Origin: Hemiscyllium ocellatum
Lineage: Eukaryota
Assembly (NCBI RefSeq): GCF_020745735.1
Contig: NC_083413.1
Coordinates: 97,058,220-97,114,406 of the forward strand
Length of the DNA: 56,187 nt
Direction of reading: 5' to 3'
Made by a program: the position numbers and the translations under genes. Position 1 is the first letter of the stretch. Each line of letters begins with the position of its first letter. This document shows, piece after piece, positions 1 to 12,700 of this stretch. The notes under the pieces are model-generated. The model did no database searches. It saw only the letters and a list, made by a program, of their open reading frames with translations, and was not told where the DNA came from.

Positions 1-414
1 GTTCTCTATATTATACACAGACACTGGTGTTCTCTATATTCTACACAGGGATGACTGTTCTCTTCATTAAACACAGGGAGTCTTGTTCTTTATATTGGAC
101 AAAGTCTGCTGTTCTCTATATTATACACAGGGACTGCTGTTCTTTATATTATGCACAGGCATTGCTGTTCTCTGAAGCTGACACAGAGACTGTTGTTCTC
201 ATTATTAAACACAGGAATTGCTGTTCTCTGGAATTATAAAGAGAAACTGCTGTTCTCTATATTATACATATGAACTGCTGTTGTCTATATTGCACACAGG
301 GACTGCTCTTCTTTATATATTTCACAGGCACTGCTATTCTCTAAAGTCGACAGAGGGACTGCTGTCCTCTATATGATACTCAGAGACTGCTGCTCTCTAT
401 ATTACACACAGGAA

Positions 415-1007
415 TGTTTTGACTCATAACAGCACACAAACCAACAGCCACTCTCAGACAACAACTCACCAGGACAAAGGACCCGATACCCAGCATGAGC
501 AAAACCAACGTAGTGTACAAAATTCCATGCAAGGACTGCACAAAACACTACATAGGACAAACAGGAAGACAGCTAACAACCCGCATCTACGAACATCAAC
601 TAGCCACAAAACGACACGACCAGCTATCCGTAGTAGCCATACACTCAGATGACAAACAACATCAATTCAATTGGGACAACACCACTATTATAGGGCAGGC
701 CAAACAGAGAACAGCCAGGGAATTCCTAGAGGCATGGCACTCATCCACAAATTCTATCAACAGACACATTGACCTAGACCCTATGTACCGGCCACTGCAA
801 CGGACAGCAACTGACAACCGGAAGCGGCAGATTCAAACCAGTATAAATGCTGGAGGAATCAGCACAGAAGTGCTTCACAGGAGGCTCCCAAGCACTGAGA
901 ATGTCACCTAGAAAGGGGACGAAACGTTTGCAACAAAAACTCCCAGCTCGGCGAACAGAACCACAACAACGAGCACCTGAGCTACAAATCTTCTCACAAA
1001 CTTTGAA
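415..1007 (+). mobile_element. Penelope-like element 3' fragment (GIY-YIG endonuclease C-terminus plus 3' repeat) inserted in the satellite
   Basis: Frame 423-911 reads HKPTATLRQQL..KDP..VVYKIPCKDCTKHYIGQTGRQLTTRIYEH. VVY..C..C..YIG.T.R is the GIY-YIG signature of Penelope-like elements. A hammerhead-like motif follows at 892-931. Confidence 0.88.
892..931 (+). ncRNA. Degenerate minimal hammerhead ribozyme motif
   Basis: GCA-CTGAGAA-T-GTCACC-TAGAAA-GGGGAC-GAAAC-GTT-TGC. Stem I is GCA/TGC and there is a stem II hairpin and GAAAC. The core CTGANGA carries a G8A-type change. Confidence 0.55.
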
Positions 1008-4002
1008 GGGATAGCTTTTGTCTATAGAATTCACAGGAACTGCTGTTCTCTAACATACATAGGGACAGCTGCTCTCTATATTATGTGCTCATGTTCTCTA
1101 TTTTAGACACAGGGACTGCTTTTCCCATTAGTAACATAGGGACTGCTGTACTCTATATTATACACAGGAATTGCTGTTCTCTATATGAAACACAGCGACT
1201 GCTGTTCTCCACATTAGAATCAGGGACTGCGATATTATGCATAGGGCTGCTATTCTCCATATTGTACACAGGGACTGCTGCTCTCTCTTATACACACGCA
1301 TTGTTGTCCTCCATTATAGACACAAGGACTGGTGTTCTCCACATTATACACAGGTAAGGCTGTTCTCTATATTGCACAGAAGGACTCCTGATCTCTATGA
1401 CATACACATTTACTCTATATTATACACAGGGACTGCTAAATCTCTTTATGAAACACAGGGATTGCTCTTCTCTATGTTGTACACAGGGATTGTTGTTCTC
1501 TATTTTGTGCATAGGGACAGTTCTTCTTTATATCATACACAGGAAATGCTTCTCTATATGCAACACAGGGACTGCTGTTCTCAACAATGTACACAGGATT
1601 GCTGGTCTCTAAATTCCAAACTGCTATTTATTAAACACAGGGACTGCTGGTCTCTCTGTTATATGTAGGTCTGCTGTCCTCTACAATGTCCGCAGGAATG
1701 CATTTTTCTACATGTTACATAGGCACTACAGTTCTCTACCAGACACTCAGGGAGAGCTGTTCTCTCTATTATGCACTGGCACAGCTGCTCTCTACATGAG
1801 ACACAGGGTCTGCTGTTCTCCCCAGTATACACAGGAACTGCTGTTCTGCACATTAGAAACAGGGACTGCTGTTCTCTACAATGTATGAAGGACCACAGTT
1901 TTTTACACTTTACACAGGGACCTCTATTCTCTATATTATATGAAGAGACTGCTGTTCTCTACAATATACGCAGGAATACTGGTCTCTACATTTTACACAT
2001 GGACTTCTGTTCACTACCAGACACTCAGAGATAGCTGTTCTCTATATTGTGCACTGGCACTGCTGTTCTCCACATTAGAATCAGGGACTACCACATTATC
2101 CTCAGTGTTTGCTGTTTTCCATATTATACACAGTGACTGCTATTCTCTTTATTACACACAGGGACTGCTGTTTCTTATATGAGACACAGGTACTGCTGTT
2201 CCCTAAATGAGACACAGGGACTGCTATTCTCTTTATTAAACACAGGGACTGCTGTTCTCTGTATTATACACGGGGACTGATGTTCTCTGTATTATACACA
2301 GGGACTGCTATCCTCCATGTTGTACTCAGTAACTGCTGTTCTCTATATTATACATAGTGACTATTGTCCCCTACAATGTACACAGGCACTGCTGTTCTCT
2401 ATGTTGTACATATGGATTATTGGTCTCTACATTGTACACAATTACTGCTGTTCTCTGCATGTGCGCAGGGAGTGCTGTTCTCTATTTTCTACTTAAGGAC
2501 TTGCTGTTCTCAATGTTATACACAGGGACTGCTCATCTCTGTATTGTACCGAGGGATTGCAGTTCTCTATATTATACATAGGGACTGCTGTTCTGTCTAA
2601 TAGACACACAAAATGCTGTTTTCTAAATTATACACCGGGACTACTGTTTTCTATATTATACACAGACACTGGTATTCTCTATGTTATAAAAGGGACTGCT
2701 CTTCTCTACATTTTACACAGTGCCTACTGTCTCTAAGACATAGGGACTGCTGTTCTCTATATTATACTCAGTACTGCTCTTCTGTGTAATAAACACAGAG
2801 ACTGTTGTTCTTTCTATCATACACAGGCACTGCTGTTCTCTATATTACACTCAGAGATTACTGTTCTCCACAATGTACCGAGGCACTGCTGTTCTCTGTA
2901 TTACACACAGAGATTTCTGTTCCCCACCATGCACCAAGACACTGTTGTTCTCTGCGTGGACACATGGACTGCTGTTTTCCACATTGTACGCAGTTACTGC
3001 TGTCCTCTATGTGATACACGGGGACTGTAGTACTCTGTATTGTACAGAGGGACAGCTGTTTTTTGGAATATAGACAGGTACAACTGTTGTCTATTTTGTA
3101 CACAGGGGACTGCTGGTCTCTACATTATACACAGGAACTGCTGTTCCCTACATGAGGCTCAGGGAATGGTTTTGTTTGCAATATTCACAGGAACTGCTGT
3201 TCCCTAAATGAGACACAGGGATTGCTGTTGTCGTCATTATACTCAGGGTATGCTGTTCACTTTTTTTATACGCAGGGACTGCTGTTCTCTATATTGTACA
3301 CAGGGATTGCTGTTCTGACTTATACACGGGCACTGTTGTTCTGTATAATTGACACAAGGGCTGCTGTTCTCCATATTATATATAGATAAGGCTCTTCTCT
3401 ACATTACACAGAGGGACATCTGCTCTCTATAATATACACAGGGGCACGTTTTCTCTGTATTATACACAGCGACTACTGTTCTCTATATTATACGCAAGGA
3501 TTGCTGTTCTCTTTATGAATCATTATAAACAGGGACTGCTGTTCTTTTTATTAAATACATGGACTGCTGTTCTCTATATTGTATGAAGGCATTGCTGTTC
3601 TCTACACTGTACACAGGGACTGCTCTTTCCTACAATGTACGCAGGACCACTGTTCTCTACATTTTACACAGGGACCGTTACACTGTTCACTACCGTACAC
3701 TCAGGGACAGCTGTTCTCTACATTATACGCATCGACTACTGTTCTCTACATGAGACACAGGATCTGTTGTTCTCCAAAATATACACAGAGACTACTGTTC
3801 TCCACATTATAAACAGGTAATACTGTTTTCTACATTACTCACTGAGTTTGCTATTCTCTATATTATACAAAAGCACTGCTGTTCTATATATTATGCACAG
3901 TGACTGCTGTTCTCTATATTAGACTCAGAGACTGCTGTTCCCTAAATGAGACACAGGGACTGCTACTCTCTTTCTTAATCACAGGGACTGCTGTGCTATA
4001 TG

Positions 4003-4627
4003 TTAGATTAGATTAGATTACTTACAGTGTGGAAACAGGCCCTTCGGCCCCACAAGTCCACACCAGCCTGCCGAAGCGCAACCCACCCAGACCCATTCCC
4101 CTACGTTAGTGGGCAGCACGGTGGCACAGTGGTTAGCACTGCTGCCTCACAGCGCCAGAGACCCGGGTTCAATTCCCGACTCAGGCCACTGACTGTGTGG
4201 AGTTTGCACATTCTCCCCGTATATGCGTGGGTTTCCTCCAGGTGCTCCAGTTTCCTTCCACAGTCCAAAGATGTGCAGGTAAGGTGAATTGACCATGCTA
4301 AATTGCCCGTAGTGTTAGGTGAAGGGTAAATGTAGGGGTATGGGTGGGTTGCGCTTCGGCGGGTCGGTGTGGACTTGTTGGGCCGAAGGGCCTGTTTCCA
4401 CACTGTAAGTAATCTAATTTACCCCCTCACCTAACACTACGGTGGTCAATTCACCTAACCTGCACATCTTTGGACTGTGGGAGGAAACCGGAGCACCTGG
4501 AGGAAACCCACGCAGACACGGGGAGAATGTGCAAACTCCACATAGTCAGTCGCCTGAGTCGGGAATTGAACCCGGGTATCTGGCACTGTGAGGCAGCAGT
4601 GCTAACCACTGTGCCACTATGCCACCC
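4003..4627 (-). mobile_element. HE1/V-SINE-like tRNA-derived SINE, split in two by a nested SINE
   Basis: (TTAGA)n tail at 4003-4020. The 3' part runs to 4104 (cccctac) and resumes at 4417 (atttacccc). The reverse-complement tRNA head (gggaattgaacc...ccactgtgcca) ends at 4627. Confidence 0.9.
4105..4416 (+). mobile_element. HE1/V-SINE-like SINE, full length, nested in opposite orientation
   Basis: A box TGGCACAGTGG, B box GGTTCAATTCC, V-SINE-type core TGTGTGGAGTTTGCACATTCTCCCCG..GGTTTCCTCC, CR1-like 3' end GGGCCGAAGGGCCTGTT, AATCT tail. Confidence 0.92.
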
Positions 4628-7361
4628 AAATTATATTCTGCACAGTGACTGCTGTTTTATATATTAGACACAGGGACTGCTGTTCCCATTACTAAACACA
4701 TGGACTGCTGTTCTCTATATTATATGCAGGGTCTGCTTTTCTCTATATTATGCACAGGGCTGCTGTCCTCCATATTGTACACAGGGACTGCTGTTCTCTT
4801 TATTAAACACAGGGACTGCTGTTCTCTATAGTATATGTTGGGACTGTTGTTTCCTGCAATGCACACAGGACTGCTGATCGCTATATTCTAAACTCCTGTT
4901 TATGAAACACAGGAACAGCTGTTCTTTATATTATACACACCGACTGCTGTTTTCCACATTGTACACAGGAACTGCTGTTCTTTATATTATACACAATGTT
5001 CTCTATGTTATCCACAGGGACTGTTGTACGCAAGCACTGCTGTTCACTACTTTGCACACATGAGCTGCTGTTCTCTACATTGTACGCAGGCACTGCTGTT
5101 CTGGAGAATGCACAGAAGGACTGCTGTTCTCTATATTGTACACAGGAACAGTTTTTCTCTATAGTATATGCAAGGACTGCTGTTCTCTATCATATACATA
5201 GGGACAGCCGCTCTCTCGGTTATACACAGGGACTCATGTTCTTTCCTTTAGACACTGCTAGTTTCATTAGTATAGGGACAGGGACTGCTGTTTTATATAT
5301 TACACACATGGAAGGCTGTTCTTATCATTAAACACAGGGATTGGTCTTCTCCATATTGTACACAGGGAATGCTGTTCTCTGTACTATACAAAGGGACAGC
5401 TGTTCTCTATATTGTATATGGGGACTGTTGTTCTCTCTTATAAACAGGCACTGTTGTACTTGATAATACACACAAGGACTGCCGACCTCCATAATATATA
5501 CAGGTAAGGCTATTCTCTATATTTCACATAGGGACTCCTGCTCTCTATAATATACAGAGGTACACATGTTCTTTATATTCTACACAGTGACTGGTGTTCT
5601 CTATATTAGACACAGAGAATGCTATTCTCTTTATGAATCACGGGACTGATAGTCTCTATATTATAAACAGGGATTGCTGTTCTCTTTATTAAACACAGGG
5701 ACTGCTGTTCTTTATATTATATATAAGGACTGCTGTTCTCAATGTATGGTGGACTGCTGTTCTCTACATTCTAAACTGCTGTTTGTTCAACACTGAAACT
5801 GCAGTTCTCTATAATACACACAGGGAATGCTATTTCCTACATGAGACACAGAGACTGCTGTTCTCTATATTACACACAGGGAATGCTGTTCTCCATATTC
5901 TACAATGGGACTACTATTCTCTTTATTATGCACAGGCACTGCAGTTCTTTAAAATGGGCACAGTGACTGCTGTTATCTATATTAAATACAGGGGGTACTG
6001 TTCTCCAAAATAGGCACAGAGAATGCTGATCTCTACATTTTACACTGGGATAACTGTTCACTTTATTACATACTGGAACTGCTGTTCTCTGTATAGTACA
6101 CAGGGACTGCTGTTCTCTCTTAAACAGGGCACTGTTGTTTTGTAAAATTGACACAAGGACTGCTGTTCTCTATATTATACACAGGGATGGCTGTTCTCTG
6201 TATGAAACACAGGGATTGATGTTCTCTATGTTATACACAGGTTGTGCTATTCTCTTTATTAAACACAGAGACCGCTGTTCTCCATATTATATGTAGAGAC
6301 TGCTGTTCTCTTCACTGTACACAGGGACTGCTCTTCCCTACAATGTACACAGGACCACTGTTCTCTACATTTTACACAGGGACCACAGTTCTCTACCATA
6401 CACTCAGGGACAGCTGTTCTCTACATTATATGCAGTGACTGCTGTGTTCTACATGAGACAAAGAATCTGCTATTCTCCAAAATATACACAGGGTCTACTG
6501 TTCTCCATATTATAAACAGGGACTGCTGTTTTCCACAGTATTCACAGTGTTTGCTGTTCTCTATATTATACAAAGGGAATGTTGTTCAACATATTATGCA
6601 CAGTGACTGCTGTTCTCCATATTAGACACAGGGACTGCTATTCCCTATATGTGACACATGGATTGCTGTTCTCTATATTGTACACAGGGCCTGCTGTTCT
6701 TTATATTATGCACAGGGACTGCTGTTCTTTATATTATGCACAGGGACTGCTGTTCTCTATGTTATACACAGAGACTGCTGTTCTCATCATTAAACACAGG
6801 GACTGCATTTCTCAACATTGTACGCAGAGACTGCTTTTTCCATATTATACACAGGGACTGCTATATAACGCACAGGCACTGCTGTTCTCTAAAATAGAAA
6901 GAGGAACTGCTGTTCTCTATATTGTACACAGGGCCTCTATATTACGCACAGAGATAGCTGTTCTCTGTATTAAACACAATGACTCATGTTCTCTATGTTA
7001 TACACAGAGACTGCTGTTCTCATTATTAAACACAGGGACTGCATTTCTCAACATTGTACACAGAGACTGCTTTTTCCATATTATACACAGGGACTGCTGT
7101 TCTCTGTATTATACAGAGGGGCTGCTGTTCTCTATATTACAGACATGGATTACTGTTCTCACCCATGTACACAGAGAGTGTTTTTCTCTAGATTACACAT
7201 ATGGACTGCTGTCCTCTATATTAGACACAGGAGCTGCTGCTGTCTATATTATACACAGGGACTGATATGCTCTTTATTAAACACAGGGACTGCTGTTCTC
7301 GACATTGTACACAGAGAATGCTTTTCTCTTTCTTATACACAGTGACTGCTGTTCCCTATAT

Positions 7362-7935
7362 TAGACACAGGGGTTGCTGTTCCCAATATGAGATACAGGG
7401 GTTGCTGTTCCCAATATGAGACACAGGGACTGCTGTTCCCTATATTAGACACAGGGACTGCTGTTCCCTATATTAGACACAGGGGTTGCTGTTCCCTATA
7501 TGAGACACAGGGACTGCTGTTCCCTATATTAGACACAGGGGTTGCTGTTCCCAATATGAGACACAGGGACTGCTGTTCCCTATATTAGACACAGGGGTTG
7601 CTGTTCCCTATATTAGACACAGGGGTTGCTGTTCCCAATATGAGACACAGGGACTGCTGTTCCCTATATTAGACACAGGGACTGCTGTTCCCTATATTAG
7701 ACACAGGGGTTGCTGTTCCCAATATGAGACACAGGGACTGCTGTTCCCTATATTAGACACAGGGACTGCTGTTCCCTATATTAGACACAGGGGTTGCTGT
7801 TCCCAATATGAGACACAGGGACTGCTGTTCCCTAAATTAGACACAGGGGTTGCTGTTCCCAATATGAGACACAGGGACTGCTGTTCCCTATATTAGACAC
7901 AGGGACTGCTGTTCCCTATATGAGACACAGGGACT
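7362..7935. repeat. Homogeneous sub-array of ~20 near-perfect 28-bp monomers
   Basis: Alternating AGACACAGGG(ACT/GTT)GCTGTTCCC(TATATT/AATATG) units with almost no divergence, unlike the flanking monomers. Confidence 0.9.
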
Positions 7936-10900
7936 GCTGCTCGATATGTTATAAACAGTGACAGCTGGTCTCTATTACACACAAGGACTCAGGTTCTCTT
8001 CATTACACAAAGTGACTGCTGTTCTCTGTATTACACATAGAGACTACTGTTCTCTGTATTATACACAGGGACTGTTGTTCTCTAAATTGTACACAGGGGC
8101 AGCTTTTCTCTATTGTATTCACAGGAACTGCTGTTCTCTGTCATACATAGGGACAGCTGCTCTCTAGATTATGCACAGGAATTCATGTTCTCTATTTTAG
8201 TCACAGGGACTCCTGTTTTCATAATTAAATACAGAGACTGTTGTTCTCTTTATTAAACACGGACTGCTGTTCTCCATATTGTACACAGCGAATGCTTTTC
8301 TCTGTGTTGTACATTGATGCTGTTCTCCATATTGTACACAGGGACTGCTGTTCTCTCTTATACGTGAGCACTAGAACTACTGCTATATTGTACTCTGGGA
8401 CTGCTGTTCTCTCTTATGCACTGTCACTGTTGTCCTCTACAATAGAAACATGAACTGCTGTTCTCCATATTATTCACAAGTAAGGCTGTTCACTGTATTA
8501 CACACAGGGACTCCTGCTCTCTGTAATATACACAGGGACATATGTTCTATATATTACACAGGGTCTACTGTTCTCTACCAGACACTCACGGACAGCTGTA
8601 CTCTATGTTATACACTGGGACTGCTGTACTCTTCATGAGTCACAGGATCCGCTGTTCTGTTTATAAAACACAGGGAATGCTGTTCTCTGTATTATGCACA
8701 GGCACTGGTGTTCACTAAAATAGACACAGGGACTGCTGTTCTCTAGATTGTACACATGGACTGATGTTCTCTATATAAGACATGGGGAATGCATTTCTCT
8801 ATATTATACATATGCACTGCAGTTATCCATATTTTACACAGGACTGCTGTTCCTTATATTGTACATTTGGACTGCTTTTCTTTATATACGCAGACACTGG
8901 TGTTCCCTATATTATACACAGGAATGGCTGTTCTCTTCATTAAACGCAGGGTGTCATGTACTTTATATCAGACCCAGTGTCTGCTGTTCTCTATATTATA
9001 CACAGGGCCTTCTATTCTCTAAAATAGACAGAGGGACTGTTGTTTCCTATATTATACACAGGGACTGCTGCTCTTTATATTATGCACATGGATAGCTGTT
9101 CTCGATATTATACACAGGGACTGCTGTTTTCTATAATATACACAGGGATTGCTGTTCTCTGCATTGTACACAGAGACTGTTTTTCTCTATATTATACACA
9201 GGGACTCATGTTCTCTATATTATACACAGGGACTCATGTTCTCTATATTATACACAGCATCTTCTATTCTCTATATTATATACAGGGACTTCTGTTCTCC
9301 ATATTGTGCACAGGTGCTGCTGTTCTTTATATTATGCACAGGTACTGATGTTCTCTGAAATAGACATGAGGACTTTTGTTCTCGATATTATTAAACACAG
9401 GGACTATCGTTTTCTATATTATACACAGGGACTGTGGTTCACTATATTACATGCAAGGATAGCTGTTCTCCATGTTATACACAGTAAATCATGTTCTCTA
9501 TATTGACACAGGGACTGCTGTTCTCTATATTTCACACAGACACTGGTGTTCTTTATATTATACACAGGGACGGCTGTTCTCTTTATTAAACACAGGGATT
9601 CATGTTCTTTATATTGGACATAGCATCTTCTGTTCTCTTTATTATACACAGGGACTGCTGTTCTTTATATTATGCACATGCAGTGATGTTCTCTGAAATA
9701 AACACAGGGACTGCTGTTCTCTATATTATACACAGTGACTGCAGTTCTCTGAAATAAACACAGGGACTGTTGTTCATAGCATTGTACACAGACGCTGCTT
9801 TTCTCTATATTATACACAGGGACTGCTGTTCTCTGTATTATATACAGTGACTGCTGTTCTCTATATTATACAGCGGGACTACTGTTTTCTTTATTATACA
9901 GAGGGACTGCTGTTCTCTATATTGTACATATGAACTGCTGTTGTCTATATTGCACACAGGGACTGCTGTTCTCCATATAATGCACAAGCACTGCTGTTCT
10001 CTAAAATGGACAGAGGGACTGCTGTTGTCTATATTATACAAAGGGACTGCTGTTCTCTCTATTGTACACAGGGACTGCTGTTCTCTAAAGTAGACACATG
10101 GACTATTGTTTTCTATAATACACACAGGGGCTGCTGCTCTCTATATTACACATAGGGATAGCTGTTCTCTATATTATACACAGTGATTCATGTTTTCTAT
10201 ATTGTGCACAGGGACTGCTGTTTTCTATATTATACGCAGACACTGGTGTTCTCTATATTATACACTGGAACGGCTGTTCTCTTTATTAAACACAGGGATT
10301 CTTTTTTTTAATATTGGACACAGCATCTGGTGTTCTCTATATTATACACAGGGACTGATGTTTTTGACATTTTACACAGAGAGTGCTTTTCTCTATATTA
10401 TACACAGAGAGTGCTTTTCTCTATATTATACACAGTGACTGCTGTTCTCTAGATTATACACATGGACTGCTGTTCTCTATATAAGACACAGGGAATGCAT
10501 TTCTCTATATTATACATATGCACTGCAGTTATCCATATTTTGCATAGGGACTGCTGTTCCTTATATTTTACACAGGGACTGCTGCTCTCTATATTATACA
10601 CAGACACTGGTGTTCTCCACATTATACACAGAAATGGCTGTTCACTTCATTAAACACAGGGTGTCATGTACTTTATATCAGACCTATCATCTGCTGTTCT
10701 CTATATTATGCACATTGCCTACTGTTCTCTAAAATAGACAGAGGGACTGTTGTTTTCTATATTATACACAGGGACTGCTGCTCTCTATATTACACACAGG
10801 GACTCACGTTCTCTACATTATACACAGTGACTCATGTTCCCTATATTGTACACAGGGACTACTGTTTTCTATATTATACACAGACAATGGTATTCTCTCT

Positions 10901-12447
10901 GTTATAAAAGGGACTGCCGTTCTTTGTTAAACACAAGGATTGCTGTTTTCTGCATTGTATACATAGACTGCTTTCCACTATCTTATACACAGGGACTGCT
11001 GCTCTCTATTTTATGCGCAGGGATAGTTGTTCTCTATATTATACACAGTGAATCATGTTCTCTATATTGTACACAGGGCCTGCCGTTCTCTCAGACAGAC
11101 ACAGGGATTGGTGTTCTCTACATGAGACACAGGATCTGCTATTCTCTACAATATACACAGGGACAACTGTTCTCCACATGAGAAACAGGAACTGCTGTTT
11201 TCTACATTATTCTCAGGGTTTGTTGTTCTCTTTATGGTACATAGTGACTCCTGTTCTCTATATTGTGCACACGGTCTACTGCTCTCTAAACTGGACACAG
11301 TGACTTTTGTTCTCTGTATTATACACAGGGACTGCTGTTCTCCATATTGTACAAAGGCTCTGTTGTTCTCTATATTATACACAGAGAGTGCTCTTCATTT
11401 TTTAATGCACCGGGACTGCTGTTCTCTGTATTTTGCACAGGAACTGCTGTTTTCTGTATTGTCCAGAGGGACTGCTGTTCTTTATATGATGCACAGGCAC
11501 TGATGTTCTCTGTATTATGCACAGGGATTGCTGTCCTCTATATTGTAGACAGGGTCTGCTGTTCTCTAAAATAGACACATGGACTGTTGTTCTCTATATT
11601 ATACACAGGGACTGCTGCTCTCTACATCACACATGGGTATAGCTGTTCTCTATATTATACACAGTGAATCATGTTCTCTACATTAAACACAGGGGCTGCT
11701 GTTCTCTATATTATACACAGACACTGGTGTTCTCTATATGATACACAGGGACGCCTGTTCTCTTTATTAAACACAGGGATTCGTGTTCTTTACATTAGAC
11801 ACAGCAGCTGCTGTTCTCTATATTGTACACAGAGACTGATGTTTTCAACATTGTACACAGGGAGTGCTTTTCTCTATATTATACACAGTGATTGCTGTTC
11901 TCTAGATTATACATGTGGATTGCTGTTCTCAATATTTTACACATGGACTGCTGTTCTTTGTATTGTGCATTGGCACTGCAGTTTTCCATATTTTACACGG
12001 GGACTGCTGTCCCTTATATTGTATAGAGGGACTGCTGTTCTCTATATTGTACATAAGGATGGCTGTTCTCTTTATTATACACAGGGTGTCACGTACTTTA
12101 TATCAGATCCAGTGTCTGCTGTTCTGTATATTATACACAGGGCTGACTGTTCTCTAAAATAAACAGAGAGACTGCTGTTCTCTGTATTATACACAGGGAT
12201 AGCTATTCTCGATATTATCCACAGTGACTCATGTTCTCTATGTTGCACACAGGCACTGCTGTTTTCTATATTATACACAGACTCTGGTGCTCTCTATATT
12301 ATACAAAGGGACTGCTGTTCTCTTTATTAAGCACAGGGATTCTTGTTCTGTATATTAGACACAGCATCTTCTGTTCTCTATATTATACATCAGGACGGCT
12401 GTTCTTTTCAATAAACACAGGGAGTCATGTTCTTTATATTATACACA

Positions 12448-12700
12448 GGGACTGCTGCTCTCTACGTTTCACACAGGGACAGCTGTTCTCTCTGATACAC
12501 AGTAAACACAGGCACTGCTGTTCTCTATATTATACACAGGGACTGCTGCTCTCTATGTTTCACACAGAGACAGCTGTTCTCTCTGATACACAGTGAACAC
12601 AGGCACTGCTGTTCTCTATATTATACACAGGGACTGCTGCTCTCTACGTTTCACACAGAGATGGCTGTTCCCTCTGATACACAGTGAACATAGGGTCTGC
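12448..12700. repeat. 91-bp higher-order unit, ~3 copies
   Basis: gggactgctgctctcta(c/t)gtttcacacag recurs at 12448, 12539 and 12630. The period is 91 = 3x28+7. Confidence 0.8.

Noticed and set aside
933-941. Near-perfect RSS nonamer ACAAAAACT
   Set aside because: No heptamer 12 or 23 nt upstream (AGGGGAC and GTCACCT). It is part of the Penelope 3' end.
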